A stretch of DNA of 64,000 nucleotides from Candidatus Limiplasma sp. (lineage in GTDB: Bacteria > Bacillota > Clostridia > Christensenellales > Aristaeellaceae), in NCBI GenBank assembly GCA_035353615.1, contig DAOPZY010000007.1, positions 20,373 to 84,372 of the forward strand. Reading direction: 5' to 3'. The notes under the pieces were generated by a model. It did no database searches and was not told the origin of the DNA. It saw only the letters and a program-made list of their open reading frames with translations. This document shows, piece by piece, positions 27,700-36,679 of this stretch (position 1 is the stretch's first letter; each line of letters opens with the position of its first letter). Position numbers and translations under genes: made by a program.

Positions 27700-28638
27700 A
27701 TGAAAATTGCCGTTCTGGTGCCCTGCTATAACGAGGCGAAAACCGTTGCCCGCGTGGTAACGGACTACCGCGCCGCGCTGCCCGAGGCCGATATCTACGT
27801 GTATGACAACAACTCCACCGACGGCACCGACGAAATCGCGCGCGCCGCCGGGGCGATTGTGCGCTACGAACGGCGGCAGGGCAAAGGCAACGTGATCCGC
27901 ACCATGTTTCGGGAAATTGACGCCGACGCCTACCTGATGATCGACGGCGACGATACCTACGCCGCCGACAACGCGCGCGAAATGGTGGAGCTGGTGCTGA
28001 ACCGCAAAGTGGATATGGTGGTGGGCGACCGGCTCAGCTCCACCTACTTTACGGAAAACAAGCGGCCTTTCCACAATTTTGGCAACACGCTGGTGCGCTC
28101 GCTGGTCAACCGGATTTTTAAGGGCAACATTGCCGACCTGATGACCGGATACCGCGCGTTCAGCTACCAGTTTGTCAAATCGTTCCCCGTGCTTTCCAAG
28201 GGGTTTGAAATCGAAACGGAAATGAGCATCCACGCGCTGGACAAAAACCTTTCCATCCAGAGCGTGCCCGTGGGTTATAAAGACCGCCCCGCCGACAGCC
28301 CCAGCAAGCTGAACACCTACACCGACGGCTTTAAGGTGCTGCGCACCGTGGCGCGCCTGTACAAGGAATACCGGCCGATGTCATTTTTCGGGATTTTTAC
28401 GCTGGTTTTCGCGCTGGCGGGGGGGGTTTTGTTCCTGCCCGTTCTGGCGGAATACCTGCGCACGGGGCTTGTGCCGCGTTTTCCGACGCTGATTGTTTCC
28501 GGCGTGCTGATGACGCTGGCCATCCTGATGCTCGTCTGCGGCCTGATTTTGGATACGGTGGCCAAAAAGCACCGGCAGCTGTTTGAAGTCAACCTGAACA
28601 TTCTCCGGCTGCTGCACGGGCGTTCCGACCCGCGCTGA
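27700..28638 (+). CDS. Family 2 glycosyltransferase, polyprenol-phosphate sugar synthase type (GtrB/CsbB-like)
   Basis: 312 aa from ATG 27700 (RBS GGAGG). Motifs VLVPCYNEAKTV and a DxD (IDGDDTY), plus two C-terminal TM helices. Confidence 0.85.
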   Translation: MKIAVLVPCYNEAKTVARVVTDYRAALPEADIYVYDNNSTDGTDEIARAAGAIVRYERRQGKGNVIRTMFREIDADAYLMIDGDDTYAADNAREMVELVLNRKVDMVVGDRLSSTYFTENKRPFHNFGNTLVRSLVNRIFKGNIADLMTGYRAFSYQFVKSFPVLSKGFEIETEMSIHALDKNLSIQSVPVGYKDRPADSPSKLNTYTDGFKVLRTVARLYKEYRPMSFFGIFTLVFALAGGVLFLPVLAEYLRTGLVPRFPTLIVSGVLMTLAILMLVCGLILDTVAKKHRQLFEVNLNILRLLHGRSDPR

Positions 28639-28668
28639 GGCGCGTGGCACGCCCGGAAAGGAAGGGTT

Positions 28669-30831
28669 ATGCCAGCAAAACAAACCCTGACCCTCCATCG
28701 GTTTTTGCGCCTGGCGGGCTGTGTGCTCGCGGGCGCGTTGTGTATGCTTGCCTTTACGGTGCCGCCCGAAGGGTATGTGGGCATCAGCGACCCGCCCCTG
28801 AGGGCCGGCAGCACGGTTTGGTGCCTGTACGCCGCCGCGCTGGCCGGGCTTTTTTGGCTGTATACCGGCAAACGCCGGGCGCGGCTTTCCGCCGGCATGA
28901 TGCTGACCGGGCTTTTATTTGGCGCGGTCAACTTTCTGGCGACCACGCTTTTTGCCTATGATACCTGGGACACGCTCGCTTCCGCGCCCGCCTTGATCCG
29001 CGCGGCGCTGTGCGTATTGGGGCAGGCCGCCGTGATGGCGGCGGGCCTTGCGCTGGTGTGCGAGTGGCTGGAGGGCGTTTGGGACAGCCGGGACAAGCGC
29101 CCGTCGGTAGCCTTTGCGCACGCCCGGCCGGACGCTCCGGCAGGCCATGCGCAAAGCAGTGCGGATTGCCTTCCTGCGGACGCAAGCGATGATTGGAACG
29201 CTGAGCCGGACGCGGCGCATATGGCAACCCCGGCGATGGATTTGCCGCTTCCTGTTATGGAACCGACGGGTGATTCAAGCCCAGCGGGGCGTGTTGCGGA
29301 TTGCCTTCCTGCGGACGCAAGCGATGCCTTGAACGCTGAGCCGGATGCGGCGCGCGCTGTGACCCCGGATCGGTTTGGGCTGCGGCGGCGGTATAGGCGG
29401 CTTGCCGATCGCTTCCCGAGGCTGGACGCGTGGCGCAGACGCCATCCAGTGGCCAGCGTGGCGTTGCTGCTGCTGGTTTGCTGGTCGCCATACCTGATCG
29501 TTTTTTACCCCGGCACCATCATTTGGGATATGGGCGAAATGCTTGGCATGCTCTACGGCCTGCGGCCCATGACCACGTGGCACCCGGTGTTTGCCACATG
29601 GCTGTTCGGGGGCGCGGTGGCGCTGGGCCGGCTGTTTGGCAGCGACAACCTGGGCGCGTTTCTGTTTACGGCGCTCCAAAGCGTCGCCATGGCCTACGCG
29701 CTGGCGAGGGTTATTCGACTGCTTCGAAAATTTGGGCTGGGGCCGGGCTGGCGACTGGCGGCGCTTGCGCTTTTCGGGCTGACGCCGATTTTTGGCTCGT
29801 TCGCTCAGGCGGTGGGCAAGGACACGCTTTATACGGCGGCCATTTTGATGGTCACGGTGTACACGGTGGAAACGCTACGCTTCGGCGCGCCGCGCGGCAG
29901 GGCGCTGATGGGTTATGCAGCGTGGACCCTGCTGGCCTGCCTTGTGCGCAATAACGGGCTGTACGTGGCGGCCGGCGCGGCGGCGCTGGTGGTCGCGTTT
30001 GGTCTGCGGGGCCGCGCAAGGCTGCGGGTAGGCGGCGCGCTGGCGGCGGCGCTCGGGCTGGCCATCGGCTTTTCCGGCGTGCTGGTGCCCGCGCTTGGCA
30101 TCCGGGACGCCACGGCCTCGGGCCTGTACTCGGTTTGTTTTCAGCAAAGCGCGCGGGTGTTGCGCGACCACGCTGATACCGTGACCCCGGAAGAATATGC
30201 CGAAATTGACCTTGTTTTGGACGCGAAAAACCTGCCGACGCTCTACGAACCGGTGATTTCCGACCCGGTCAAGTATACCTTCCGGCAATACGGCGAAGGC
30301 CGCGAAGCCGAAACGGCGGCCCTGACCCGGTACCGCCAAACCTGGCTTTCGATGCTGCGCAAATATCCGCTCACCTATTTGGAAGCGTTTGTGGCGGGCA
30401 ACAGCGGCTATTATGCCTTTACCCCGAAAATTGACGCGGCCCGCACCTACAACCAGCAGGGCGGGATCCGTTTTGTGTTTGAAACCTACGAGCTGGGCGC
30501 GGACGCGCGCTACCTGCATACCACGCAAATTGAGGCGCTGAAAACCGCGCGCACGCTGCTGGCGGCCTATTCCCGCGGGTGGCGGCGCGTGCCGGCCTTG
30601 GAGCTTTTCCTGTTTTGCCCGGTGTACACGTGGCTTTTGGTGGCGGCGGGGCTGTCGCTGGCGCGGCGCGGCTATTGGCGGGCGCTGATCGCCTTTGCCC
30701 CGGCCTTGCTGAGCCTTGGCGTGTGCCTGCTGTCGCCGGTGGATGATTATTTCCGCTATTTTTTGCCGATTGTCGCCATGACGCCGCTGCTGTTGGGCCT
30801 TGCGCGCACGGAGAAAAATACGGCCGCGTAA
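28669..30831 (+). CDS. Large polytopic membrane protein, GT-C-like candidate glycosyltransferase
   Basis: 720 aa with more than 10 hydrophobic helices. It has a WSPYLIVFYPGTIIWDMGEMLG...WHPVF region like uncharacterised GT-C/DUF-type membrane glycosyltransferases. It starts 30 nt after the GT2 gene and contains an acidic insert with an internal duplication. Confidence 0.55.
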   Translation: MPAKQTLTLHRFLRLAGCVLAGALCMLAFTVPPEGYVGISDPPLRAGSTVWCLYAAALAGLFWLYTGKRRARLSAGMMLTGLLFGAVNFLATTLFAYDTWDTLASAPALIRAALCVLGQAAVMAAGLALVCEWLEGVWDSRDKRPSVAFAHARPDAPAGHAQSSADCLPADASDDWNAEPDAAHMATPAMDLPLPVMEPTGDSSPAGRVADCLPADASDALNAEPDAARAVTPDRFGLRRRYRRLADRFPRLDAWRRRHPVASVALLLLVCWSPYLIVFYPGTIIWDMGEMLGMLYGLRPMTTWHPVFATWLFGGAVALGRLFGSDNLGAFLFTALQSVAMAYALARVIRLLRKFGLGPGWRLAALALFGLTPIFGSFAQAVGKDTLYTAAILMVTVYTVETLRFGAPRGRALMGYAAWTLLACLVRNNGLYVAAGAAALVVAFGLRGRARLRVGGALAAALGLAIGFSGVLVPALGIRDATASGLYSVCFQQSARVLRDHADTVTPEEYAEIDLVLDAKNLPTLYEPVISDPVKYTFRQYGEGREAETAALTRYRQTWLSMLRKYPLTYLEAFVAGNSGYYAFTPKIDAARTYNQQGGIRFVFETYELGADARYLHTTQIEALKTARTLLAAYSRGWRRVPALELFLFCPVYTWLLVAAGLSLARRGYWRALIAFAPALLSLGVCLLSPVDDYFRYFLPIVAMTPLLLGLARTEKNTAA
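29161..29353 (+). repeat. In-frame intragenic direct duplication (two ~58-nt copies 135 nt apart)
   Basis: gcggattgccttcctgcggacgcaagcgatg...aacgctgagccgga occurs at 29161 and 29296. It encodes ADCLPADASD(D/A)(W/L)NAEPDAA twice, 45 codons apart. Confidence 0.85.
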
Positions 30832-30989
30832 ACGCGCGCCCGGCGCACTTAAAAACACGCTTGGAATGCCGGAAGGGCCGTCGAGCGGCCACTAAGCTTC
30901 GACTCAGCGCGGCATCCGCCATAGCGCGGCGTTTTTTGGCTTGTGCGTTCAAAAATCAGGATCGGTCGATCCGGACAAAGCTTAGCAGC

Positions 30990-32318
30990 CTAACAGTAAT
31001 GGGGCAGGCCGTCGTCCTCTGTGGGCAGAGGGATCTGCAAACCCAGCACGGCGGGCCATTCGCCGCGCTCGGCGATGATGAAGCCCATCAGCATCCCCAG
31101 ATGGGTGTGCAGGTGGCGCATCTGCCCCACCATCAGCGTAAGCCGTGAGTAGGGGCTGCCTTCGGGGCAGGCGGTCAGCGCGCGGTCGCTGAGCGCGTTC
31201 AGGTAGGCGCGAAGCCGAACCGTAATTTCCGCCAGATAGGTTTCCAGCGACAATGGGGAAAGCGCGGGGCCGTCCACGGTCAAATCCAGATTGTTCAGGC
31301 CCGGCCGGTGAATGGCAGGCTCATGGATTTCCTGCGGGTTGATAAACCAGTGATCCAGCGAATGCAGCATATGATAGGCGTGCCGCCACAGGGGCGCGCC
31401 GCAGTATTCCCGCTCCCACAGGCCGCTGTCCGCGGCGCAGCGGAGCACGTTTCTCACCTCCCACAGGGCGCGTTCCGTCAGTTCCGCGAGGGTGTTTACC
31501 TCGCTTCGGGCGGCGGAATCCGCCGGGGACGCGACAGGGAGAGCCTCCGCCTGCGCGGGCCGTGGCTCCGCCTGAGCGATGCGGGCGGCCTCAAAGCGAA
31601 GCCCTGCCGCGCGGAGGCCCGGCATCGCCGCCTGTCGCTTGTCTGAGCCATCGGCTTCCGCCTGCGTAGCTTGCGTGCCCGCGGGGGCAATGCTTGCCTC
31701 GCCGGGGCAGTCCGCAGCGGCGACGGCCCCCGCGACTGCCTCGGGAGCGTCGCTGTTTACAGCGGAATGCACACGGTGTTTTTTCCGGAATCGCTTGCTG
31801 TAGCGCTCCTCCTCGCTGAACACGCAACCGCAGTATTTTTGGATGTACAGGTTCAGCGCCCGCGCCTCCTCCTGCCCCTGCCGAAACAGCGGGCGAAAAT
31901 CGCGGTATAAAAACGCCACCCCAAACTCCTGCGCGGCCTGCTCGGCGGCCGCGCGGAGCAGCTCGTGGTTTTGGTAAGGGCTGATGAACAGGGTGCTTGA
32001 AAAATGCGTGAAGCCGTGCTCCGCCGCATAGCGGGCGGTTTGCCGCATCCGCGCCGCGTAACACACGAGGCAGCGCCCCGTGATGTTTTCCGCCACGGCC
32101 TGGGTAAAAGGCCGCAGCCCGTATTCATCTTCCAACAGTAATGAAAGGCCGATGGTTTTGGCGTATTCCACAAGCGTATCCCGGCGCGCTCGGTACTCCG
32201 TATAGGGGTGAATGTTTGGGTTGAACCAGTAGCCGGTCGGCTCCAGCCCCTCGCCGCGAAGGCTTTGAATGCAGGCAACGGAACAGGGCGCGCAGCAAAT
32301 GTGCAGGAGTAGCTTCAT
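30990..32318 (-). CDS. queH: Epoxyqueuosine reductase QueH fused to a DinB/YfiT-like C-terminal domain
   Basis: 442 aa. The N-terminal ~185 aa (MKLLLHICCAPCS..., WFNPNIHPYTEY, CLVCY, YCGCVFSEEE) is QueH/DUF208. An Ala/Gln/Pro-rich linker of ~95 aa follows. The C-terminal ~160 aa has a His triad (HMLHSLDHW ... HLHTHLG) typical of DinB-fold proteins. Confidence 0.75.
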   Translation of the reverse strand: MKLLLHICCAPCSVACIQSLRGEGLEPTGYWFNPNIHPYTEYRARRDTLVEYAKTIGLSLLLEDEYGLRPFTQAVAENITGRCLVCYAARMRQTARYAAEHGFTHFSSTLFISPYQNHELLRAAAEQAAQEFGVAFLYRDFRPLFRQGQEEARALNLYIQKYCGCVFSEEERYSKRFRKKHRVHSAVNSDAPEAVAGAVAAADCPGEASIAPAGTQATQAEADGSDKRQAAMPGLRAAGLRFEAARIAQAEPRPAQAEALPVASPADSAARSEVNTLAELTERALWEVRNVLRCAADSGLWEREYCGAPLWRHAYHMLHSLDHWFINPQEIHEPAIHRPGLNNLDLTVDGPALSPLSLETYLAEITVRLRAYLNALSDRALTACPEGSPYSRLTLMVGQMRHLHTHLGMLMGFIIAERGEWPAVLGLQIPLPTEDDGLPHYC

Positions 32319-32577
32319 AACGGTTCGCCTCCACGCCTATTGTAGCACAAACCCCGCGCTGGGCAAAGCGCGGGGTCGGCATGCGATTGCTCCGAAAAAA
32401 CCAACGCCCCGCCAAGCCGGAAGGGCGCGGGTTCGACTCAGTCGTTTTTCCGTGAATATCGAAAGCGTCTGACCGGCCCGTGAATGTAAAAAACCTTACC
32501 AAATGCGCGGGAGTGGGCGCAAAACTGTTCCGATTCAGGCGGCGTTATGCTATACTAGGGATACCCAAAGGAGATGG

Positions 32578-33597
32578 ATGGACATGCGAAAACCGCGCAA
32601 CGCGCTTTGCCTTCTGCTGTCGGCTGTTCTTTTATGCACGGCGGGCACGGCGCTGGCGGGAAATCAGGACGCTCTGTTTGAGCAGGCTGCCGCCGCGTTG
32701 CTTTCCCCCCGGGAGGCCGCGCTGCAAAGCGGCGCGTACACGCTACGCGCAGGCGCGAGCGCTTATGTGCCCGACGTTGCGCCGGAGATTACCCCTTATG
32801 ATCAGTTGGACGCGCTGACCATGCCGGCGGTAAACGGCACATTTGACTCCTCCGACCCGGCTGTGGTGACCGTGGACGCAAACGGCCTGATGACGGGCGT
32901 CGCCGAGGGCGAGGCGACCGTTACCTACCGCGCGGCAACGGGGGACGTAAGCTATGCCGTAACCGTGCGGAAGGACGCGATGCCGGAGCTTGCCAAGGCG
33001 ATGGTGTACGTGGCCAAGCATGAGTTTTACACCGTAAAACGCGCCCGTTTGCCGAAATATAACCAATATGCCAAATGGTATTACGGTAAAAAGAAAGAGG
33101 TCGGCTGGTGTTCGGTGTTTACCATCTGGTGCGCGAACGCCAGCGGCAACAACCCCTTGCAGGAAGAAAGCCTGACAACCCTGCCGGATACGGACGTGGT
33201 GTATTTCCGCGAAGGGCAGGTTGGCAACCAGTATGACGGCTTTATGAAGCTGAACCGTTTCGTGAGCGTGCCGCGCCCCGGGTATCTGGTGATTTATGCG
33301 GACATGAGCAACGGCTACCGCACCACGCATATCGGCGTCGTGGTGGACGCGGTGGACCGCGGCGACGGCATCTATCAGGTAACCACGGTGGAAGGCAACA
33401 TGAGCAACACCGTGAAAAGCTATTGCTACCTGTATGACAGCAACGCCGCCAACAACACCGTGGGCGTGGAAAAGGGCCAAAAGCTCAAGCGCAACATGAG
33501 CGAGCTTCCGGCGGCGGAACAGACCGACCCGCTGGAGCAATACACGCTGCATACCGATCACTGGAGCGTGTTCGGCTTTGGCGCAAGCTGGCTGTAA
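32578..33597 (+). CDS. Secreted Big_2 + CHAP-domain cell-wall hydrolase candidate
   Basis: Signal peptide LCLLLSAVLLCTAGTALA. Ig-like Big_2 segment SSDPAVVTVDANGLMTGVAEGEATVTY. CHAP-like Cys (GWCSVFTIW) and His (THIGVVV). The start is 32578 or 32584. Confidence 0.75.
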   Translation: MDMRKPRNALCLLLSAVLLCTAGTALAGNQDALFEQAAAALLSPREAALQSGAYTLRAGASAYVPDVAPEITPYDQLDALTMPAVNGTFDSSDPAVVTVDANGLMTGVAEGEATVTYRAATGDVSYAVTVRKDAMPELAKAMVYVAKHEFYTVKRARLPKYNQYAKWYYGKKKEVGWCSVFTIWCANASGNNPLQEESLTTLPDTDVVYFREGQVGNQYDGFMKLNRFVSVPRPGYLVIYADMSNGYRTTHIGVVVDAVDRGDGIYQVTTVEGNMSNTVKSYCYLYDSNAANNTVGVEKGQKLKRNMSELPAAEQTDPLEQYTLHTDHWSVFGFGASWL

Positions 33598-33778
33598 AGC
33601 GCCCGAGCGCAAGGATAACCCGGAAGGGCCGCACAAGGGCGCGGGTACGGCATGCCGCCCGCGCGAAGCAAGCTTTCCCCCAACCGGGCCGATCAGGCGC
33701 GCGCGGAAAGCCCACCAGCGCAAACCCCTCTGTGAACCCATTCCTGAAAACCGTGAATCAATATAAGGAGGAACCATC

Positions 33779-34321
33779 ATGAAGGAACTGAAAGGAACCA
33801 AAACCGAAGCCAACCTGCAGGCCGCGTTCGCAGGGGAAAGCATGGCGCGCAACAAGTACACCTACTACGCCTCCAAGGCCCGGAAGGATGGGTATGTGCA
33901 GATCGCAGACCTGTTTGAGGAAACGGCCAACAACGAGAAGGAGCACGCGAAAATCTGGTTTAAACTGCTCCACGGCGGCGATGTGGCCGCCACCGAGGAT
34001 AACCTGCTGGACGCGGCGCAGGGCGAAAACTATGAGTGGACGGATATGTACGTGCGCATGTCCGACGAAGCGCGCGCCGAAGGGTTTGACGTGATTGCCG
34101 AGCTTTTCAGCCGCGTGGCCAAAATTGAAAAAACCCATGAGGAACGTTACCGCAAGCTGCTGAGCAACATCAAGGACGGCCTTGTGTTCAGCCGCGACGG
34201 GGATCAAATCTGGGAGTGCTCCAACTGTGGGCATATCATCGTTGGGAAAAACGCGCCCGAGCTTTGCCCGGTTTGCAAACACCCCAAGTCGTTTTACCAG
34301 ATCAAGGCGGAAAATTACTGA
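33779..34321 (+). CDS. rbr: Rubrerythrin
   Basis: 180 aa with diiron ExxH motifs ([18 protein letters not shown]) and a C-terminal rubredoxin CSNCGH...CPVCKH. RBS AAGGAGGA. Confidence 0.93.
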   Translation: MKELKGTKTEANLQAAFAGESMARNKYTYYASKARKDGYVQIADLFEETANNEKEHAKIWFKLLHGGDVAATEDNLLDAAQGENYEWTDMYVRMSDEARAEGFDVIAELFSRVAKIEKTHEERYRKLLSNIKDGLVFSRDGDQIWECSNCGHIIVGKNAPELCPVCKHPKSFYQIKAENY

Positions 34322-34745
34322 CGCTCCCCGGCTTTCCCCTGCCGAAACGATGGGTCGGCTGGGGAAATCGGCTGGGCGAAACCGGCCTGAAACCGGCCCG
34401 AACCTCTCGCGTTCGCGGGGATGCGGGCGGCAACCCGCCAACGGAGCAGTAGCGGCGCTTGGCGCGCGCGCCTGCGACTGCCGCTCAAACCTCCACAGCC
34501 ATCCCCCTGCCGACGTTTTCGAAACGCGAAAACCGCATGCGGGGTCGCCGCGCCTCCCACGGTGAGCGGGCGGCGATTTTACGATCAGGTTCAGGCAACC
34601 GTCGGGGCTGGCAACGGACAGCTTTTGAAACCATACAAACGCTCGCCCTGCCAAAAGGCGGGGGTTTTCAGCGACCTGCGGCGATTCTTCGCCGCCTGCC
34701 GGGAAATGCGTTTCGCCCGGCCCCCTTTGAAAGGAGGGTACCTCC

Positions 34746-35168
34746 ATGGTGGAAATATACCCCTACCGGCCCGAATTTGAGGAACCCGTGATGCAGCTGA
34801 TTTCCAACGAGGGCGATGAGTGGTCCATCTATTGGCAGGAGCCTAACAACTGGCACTATCAACGGCTGCTGACCGATTCCATCACCTATGTCGCGCTGGC
34901 GGAGGGGCAGGTGTGCGCTTTTCTGCGCGCGCTGGACGATGTGCTCAACCTCTATGTGTGCGATTTGCTGGTGGTGGAGCCACAGCGCGGGAAGGGGCTT
35001 GGCAAGGCGCTGATCGACCGCGTGAAGGAAGATTATCCGGAAGCGGGCATCTACATCCTGTCCGGTAACGACGAATATTATGACCATATCGGCTGCACGC
35101 GCGACGGCGCGGTGTACCGCTACTGCGCGGCCGATGCGCAGCCCGCGGCGGAAACGCCCAAAGCCTGA
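34746..35168 (+). CDS. GNAT family N-acetyltransferase
   Basis: 140 aa with the acetyl-CoA binding motif VEPQRGKGLGKALI. RBS AAAGGAGGG. Confidence 0.75.
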   Translation: MVEIYPYRPEFEEPVMQLISNEGDEWSIYWQEPNNWHYQRLLTDSITYVALAEGQVCAFLRALDDVLNLYVCDLLVVEPQRGKGLGKALIDRVKEDYPEAGIYILSGNDEYYDHIGCTRDGAVYRYCAADAQPAAETPKA

Positions 35169-35210
35169 GAAAGCCGCGGCTTGCGTAAATACCAAAGGGA
35201 GGCGCCGCCC

Positions 35211-36434
35211 ATGCGCGTGGCTCACATCAACGTAACATCGGGGCTGAGCACCGGCCGTATTGCGACGGACATCTGCGAGGTGCTGGGAGAGCTGGGCCAC
35301 AAAGGGCTGCTGTGTTACTCGCGCGGGTATCCGCCGCAAACGACGCCCGGTTACCGGATTGGCAACCGGGCGGATTTGCTTTTGCACGCGCTGGCCGCGC
35401 GCCTGACGGATCGCGCCGGCTTTTTCAGCCGCGGGGCAACCCGCAAGCTTGTGCGTCAGTTAACCCTCTATAAACCGGATGTGGTTCACCTGCATAACCT
35501 GCACGGCTACTATCTGGACATTCGCACGCTGTTTGCCTATCTGGCCAAGGCGGGCGTGCCGGTGGTATGGACGCTGCATGACTGTTGGGCCTATACGGGG
35601 CATTGCGCCTATTATACCATGGCGCGCTGCGACCGGTGGCGCAAGGGGTGCGGCCATTGCCCCAACCTGCGCGCCTACCCGGCCAGCTTTGTGATGGACC
35701 AGAGCGAGCGGAACTGGAAGGAAAAGCGCCGCGCGTACGAAGCATTGCCAGACCTGACGCTTGTGACCCCTTCCGTGTGGCTGGGCAACGAAGCGCGACA
35801 GTCGTTTTTAGGTAAGCGCCCCATCCGCGTCATCCCCAACGGAATCGATTTGAACGCTTTTCGGCCCTGCGACGAACCGGACCTGATTCGCGATATTGTG
35901 AAACGGTATGCGCTGGAAGAACTGGGCGACAGGCGGATGCTGCTGAGCGTGGCCAGCCAATGGGACGAACGGAAGGGTTTGCGGGATTTGATCGCGCTTT
36001 CCGAAACCCTCCGCGAGGATATGATGATCGTCGTGCTGGGGCTTACGCCGTATGAATGCCGGGAACTGCCCCAAACGATGCTGGGCATCCCGCGCACGCA
36101 AAATTTGCGGGAGCTGCGGGCGCTCTATACTGCCGCTGACATTTGCCTGAGCCTGAGCCATGAGGAAACGCAGGGGATGACGCTGCTGGAGGCGCTGGCC
36201 TGCGGCACGCAGGTGCTGTGCTACGATGCGACGGCTTTGCCGGAAACGGTTACGCCGGATGTGGGCGCCGTGGTGCCGGAGGGCGATATCAAGGCCGTCG
36301 CGGCGGCGTGCGCCCGGCTGTGTGACCAGCCCAAAGAGCCGCAGGCATGCCGCGAGCGGGCCGAGCGGTACGAAAAACGGCGGCAGTATGCGCAATATGT
36401 AGGTTTGTATGAAGAATTGCATACTTTGCGCTGA
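35211..36434 (+). CDS. Glycosyltransferase, GT-B fold (family 4-like)
   Basis: 407 aa from ATG 35211 (RBS AGGGAGG). It has the N-terminus MRVAHINVTSG typical of GT4 and the E-x7-E region SHEETQGMTLLEALACG. Confidence 0.8.
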   Translation: MRVAHINVTSGLSTGRIATDICEVLGELGHKGLLCYSRGYPPQTTPGYRIGNRADLLLHALAARLTDRAGFFSRGATRKLVRQLTLYKPDVVHLHNLHGYYLDIRTLFAYLAKAGVPVVWTLHDCWAYTGHCAYYTMARCDRWRKGCGHCPNLRAYPASFVMDQSERNWKEKRRAYEALPDLTLVTPSVWLGNEARQSFLGKRPIRVIPNGIDLNAFRPCDEPDLIRDIVKRYALEELGDRRMLLSVASQWDERKGLRDLIALSETLREDMMIVVLGLTPYECRELPQTMLGIPRTQNLRELRALYTAADICLSLSHEETQGMTLLEALACGTQVLCYDATALPETVTPDVGAVVPEGDIKAVAAACARLCDQPKEPQACRERAERYEKRRQYAQYVGLYEELHTLR

Positions 36435-36476
36435 TGCGCATTGCCAAAGTTAACGCACATTCAACCCTCCCCCCGT

Positions 36477-36524
36477 CGCAGCGGAACCGGGTCAAGGACA
36501 AAGCCCTTGTCAGGGTGCAGGGGC
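36477..36524 (+). repeat. Repeat-family module A (left arm of an inverted pair)
   Basis: cgcagcggaaccgggtcaaggacaaagcccttgtcagggtgcagggg. Its reverse complement is at 36795-36846. Confidence 0.8.
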
Positions 36525-36573
36525 GAGGGCCCTGCCCGCCGGAGGCCCAGCGTTGCAACCGCTAAAAGAAGGA

Positions 36574-36610
36574 GCGCCCCGAGTGCCGTAGGCACAATGG
36601 GGCGCGTTTT
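36574..36610 (+). terminator. Rho-independent terminator (reused hairpin module D) after the GT4 gene
   Basis: gcgcccc-gagtgccgtaggcacaat-ggggcgc followed by TTTT. Near-identical hairpins occur at 40597-40632, ~26575-26605 and, inverted, at ~60672-60705. Confidence 0.65.
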
Positions 36611-36679
36611 ATCATTCATACAGTATATAAGCTTGCCTGCCCCAATTTTCAGGCTGGGGGCGGGGCGACGTCCGTATTT

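Noticed and set aside
32405-32445. tRNA or tRNA fragment suggested by gggttcgactc (T-loop-like)
   Set aside because: There is no complementary T-stem 3' arm, acceptor stem or anticodon arm in either orientation. The same words recur as part of a short dispersed motif.
32319-32480. preQ1 riboswitch upstream of queH
   Set aside because: No preQ1-I-like stem plus A-rich tail (AAAAAACUA) could be recognised, and I cannot recall the preQ1-II/III consensus well enough to test it. The region is kept only as a generic hairpin/attenuator observation in the findings.
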